From assembly GCA_038208905.1 (NCBI GenBank), contig JBBQYG010000017.1, positions 1-38,669 on the forward strand: a stretch of 38,669 bases of DNA, read 5' to 3'. The translations under genes and the position numbers were made by a program. The notes beneath the pieces are model-generated. The model was given only the letters and a program-made list of their open reading frames with translations. It had not been told where the DNA came from and made no database searches. The DNA comes from Candidatus Sumerlaeia bacterium. Its GTDB lineage: Bacteria; Sumerlaeota; Sumerlaeia; SLMS01. Shown one piece after another: positions 36,396 through 38,669 of this stretch; positions within the stretch are counted from its first letter, which is position 1, and each line of letters starts with the position of its first letter.

Positions 36396-38051
36396 CTACT
36401 TTCGCGCAAGCGGCATCCGCCAGCCATAGCCAAAGGCGCGCGATGTGACCTTGAGCGTGGGGGGCGCCTGGCGCCGCTTGTACTCGTTGAGGCGAATCAT
36501 GCGCAGCACGCGCCGCACGGTGGCGGCATCGTGGCCGAGGGCGATCAGGCGCTCCTCGTCCTGCCCTTCCTCCACATGCCCGCGCACGATCGGATCCAGC
36601 ACGTCGTAGGGCGGGAGCGAATCGGTGTCCTTCTGGTCGGGCGCGAGCTCCGCCGAGGGCGGCTTCTCGATGGTGTTGTAGGGGATGACCTCCCGCCCGG
36701 CGGTGTCGTTGATATGGCGGGAGAGCGTATAGACAATCGTCTTGGGCACGTCGGCGATGGCGGCAAGCCCGCCGCACATGTCTCCATAGAGCGTGCAATA
36801 GCCGACGCTCATTTCGCTCTTGTTTCCCGTGGTCAGCACCATCGCGCCGGAGGAGTTGGACAGCGCCATCAATGTAAGCCCGCGCAGGCGGGACTGCATG
36901 TTCTCCGCCGCGGCCCCGCGCGAGGGATCGCCAAGGTGGGGCGTGAGCACGGCAAGCGCCGTGGAGAACATCGCCTCGATGGGAATCGTGCGATAGGAAA
37001 TGCCAAGCGCCTCGGCAAGCTGACGCGCGTCGTCCTTGGAGTGATCGCTGCTATAGCGCGAAGGCATCGAGACTCCATGGACATTGGCGGGGCCGAGGGC
37101 TTCCGCCGCCAGGACCGCCACCAGCGCGGAGTCGATCCCGCCGCTGAGGCCAATCAGCACTTGGGTAAAGCCGCACTTTCCCACGTAGTCGCGAATGCCA
37201 AGTACCAGCGCGCGGCGAAGTTCTTCAAGTTCCGCCTCCTCCGGCACGATGCGTCCAGCGAGCACCAGCGGACTCGCATCTCCCGCGGATGAAACCGTGA
37301 CCTCCACGAAGTCCTCGATGAACGACGCCGCCTGCGCTCGCATCGTGCCGGTTCCATCGAATGCGGCCGATCCTCCGTCGAAGATCAGGTCGTCGTTTCC
37401 GCCGACTGAATTGACCTGCAGGATCGCCGCACCGTGGCGACGCGCGGCGCTGGCAATCATGGCGGCGCGGATGCGGCGCTTGGGTATCGTGTAGGGCGAG
37501 GCACTGAGATTAAGGATCAGCCGCCCCCCCGCCCGCGCGGAGTCGGCGATCGGGTCCCGCGTGTACAGCCTCCGCGACCAGTAGAGTTCGTCGTTCCACA
37601 TATCCTCGCAGACGGTGATCGCGGCGGTCATTCCTCCGATATCGAAGAGCGAGACATCCGATCCTGAATCGAAATAGCGGGCCTCGTCGAACACGTCATA
37701 GGTTGGCAGAAGCATCTTGCGATAGACCTGCTCCACGACTCCACCGCGACAGAGCGCCACGGAGTTGTAGAGCCCCTTGCCGGGTCCGACGTGGGACTCC
37801 GCATAGCCGATCAACGCGGCGGGCCCGCTTGCCGTCTCCGGGGCAAAGCGGGCAAGGGCCTCCTCATTGCGGGCAATGAAGCTGGCCTGCGTGAGGAGGT
37901 CCTTCGTGGGATAGCCGGGGATCGTCTGCTCGGGAAGCACCAGCAAGTCGGCCCCGCGCTCGCGCGCGATGGCGAGTGCACCCAGCGACAGGCGCAAGTT
38001 CCCGTCAATGTCGCCGACCGTCGTGTTGATCTGGGCTAGCAGGCACTTCAT
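36396..38051 (-). CDS. nadE: Glutamine-dependent NAD+ synthetase
   Basis: Nitrilase domain (PE, K.LLPTYDVFDE.RYF, CEDMW) plus synthetase domain (GLSGGIDS, ENMQSRLRG, TGNKSE..GYCTLYGD, PSAELAPDQ.D, EYKRRQ). Start at ATG 38051. Confidence 0.96.
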   Translation of the reverse strand: MKCLLAQINTTVGDIDGNLRLSLGALAIARERGADLLVLPEQTIPGYPTKDLLTQASFIARNEEALARFAPETASGPAALIGYAESHVGPGKGLYNSVALCRGGVVEQVYRKMLLPTYDVFDEARYFDSGSDVSLFDIGGMTAAITVCEDMWNDELYWSRRLYTRDPIADSARAGGRLILNLSASPYTIPKRRIRAAMIASAARRHGAAILQVNSVGGNDDLIFDGGSAAFDGTGTMRAQAASFIEDFVEVTVSSAGDASPLVLAGRIVPEEAELEELRRALVLGIRDYVGKCGFTQVLIGLSGGIDSALVAVLAAEALGPANVHGVSMPSRYSSDHSKDDARQLAEALGISYRTIPIEAMFSTALAVLTPHLGDPSRGAAAENMQSRLRGLTLMALSNSSGAMVLTTGNKSEMSVGYCTLYGDMCGGLAAIADVPKTIVYTLSRHINDTAGREVIPYNTIEKPPSAELAPDQKDTDSLPPYDVLDPIVRGHVEEGQDEERLIALGHDAATVRRVLRMIRLNEYKRRQAPPTLKVTSRAFGYGWRMPLARK

Positions 38052-38128
38052 GGATGGTGAACGATGACCCTTCTGCCAAAATGGCTGGTGGAATCGTCGC
38101 AAAGTATCTGACCGGGGGTAAGGGGAAA

Positions 38129-38290
38129 TCAGGATCCCTTGACTTGCTTGCCGCCGCGGTTGTCTCGGCATCGGTCAGAGCAGTACTTCACCTGATCCCA
38201 AACCTTCTCCCACTTCTTGCGCCAGGCGAAGGGCCGCCCACAGGTCTCGCAAACTCGCGTGGGCAGATCGGACTTCTTGCGGGTTTTCAT
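38129..38290 (-). CDS. DUF2256-family small Cys-rich protein (53 aa; not in the ORF track)
   Basis: My manual translation is MKTRKKSDLPTRVCETCGRPFAWRKKWEKVWDQVKYCSDRCRDNRGGKQVKGS. AGGAGA RBS upstream. Confidence 0.9.
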   Translation of the reverse strand: MKTRKKSDLPTRVCETCGRPFAWRKKWEKVWDQVKYCSDRCRDNRGGKQVKGS

Positions 38291-38380
38291 GCCGGTTCTC
38301 CTGCATCATCGCCCAAGCAACAACCCGGCCACGACTGATTTTCCTTCACGCCGCCCCCCATTGTCTGGCACCACGTCCGC

Positions 38381-38669
38381 ATGAGCGACGCCCGGCGCAG
38401 ACCCAATCGGAAGAACTCGAAGCATCGGCTCCCCCCGGGATCGATCCCCGGGCAGTTGACCATCGATCCATCGGCCCCCTCCAGCAAGGTGCGGCTCTTC
38501 GAGTACAACGACACGGACAGGGCAGAGTCGGATATCGCATCGGTCAGCGGACTGCGTCAGAGAATCAAGGAAAGCCACGTGGCCTGGATCCAGGTGGAGG
38601 GACTCGGGAACGAGGCCGTCCTTCGCGGGCTGCAGCAGGAGTTTCAACTCCACCGCCTCGCCATGGAGG
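38381..38669 (+). CDS. corA: Magnesium/cobalt transporter CorA, 5' part (runs off the window end; not in the ORF track)
   Basis: My manual translation is MSDARRRPNRKNSKHRLPPGSIPGQL..LFEYND..AWIQVEGLGNEAVLRGLQQEFQLHRLAME, which matches the CorA N-terminal PPG..WIxVxGL..FxLHxLxxE pattern. Confidence 0.85.
   Translation, partial: MSDARRRPNRKNSKHRLPPGSIPGQLTIDPSAPSSKVRLFEYNDTDRAESDIASVSGLRQRIKESHVAWIQVEGLGNEAVLRGLQQEFQLHRLAME

Noticed and set aside
35868-37292. 474-aa plus-strand ORF spanning the beta-CASP gene and nadE
   Set aside because: Antisense to two well-supported genes and has no motifs.
38054-38653. ORF-track calls 38054-38338 (+), 38287-38514 (-), 38306-38653 (-) and 38346-38540 (-)
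   Set aside because: Better explained as shadows of the DUF2256-like gene (-) and corA (+).

Overview
A GC-rich, gene-dense bacterial chromosome segment from a diderm organism (kdsA and mlaF/mlaD present). The gene style suggests an uncultured lineage such as Candidatus Sumerlaeota or a PVC relative, but this is inference only. I saw no rRNA, tRNA, CRISPR array, integrase or transposase. About 36 CDSs are present, mostly housekeeping: hom, ispF, upp, kdsA, truA, mdh, uppP, agmatine deiminase, RidA-like, beta-CASP ribonuclease, nadE and a truncated corA. The main unusual items are: (1) a tightly coupled ~10 kb envelope operon encoding a catalytically dead serine beta-lactamase-fold protein, MlaF and MlaD without MlaE, three GT-C-type membrane glycosyltransferases (one DUF2723/TMEM260-like), a Dpm1-like GT2 and UppP, followed by an atypical prepilin, which together look like a polyprenol-phosphate-sugar periplasmic glycosylation system; (2) a GNAT acetyltransferase-RNase HI fusion; (3) a ~1300 aa PglF/CapD dehydratase-acidic linker-tandem GT2 fusion coupled to an orphan efflux adaptor; (4) a ~105 bp inverted repeat built from 10-mer tandem units, plus heptamer repeats that encode a signal peptide; (5) two genes missed by the ORF track (DUF2256-like and corA). 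All family calls come from recognising motifs by eye; no searches were run.
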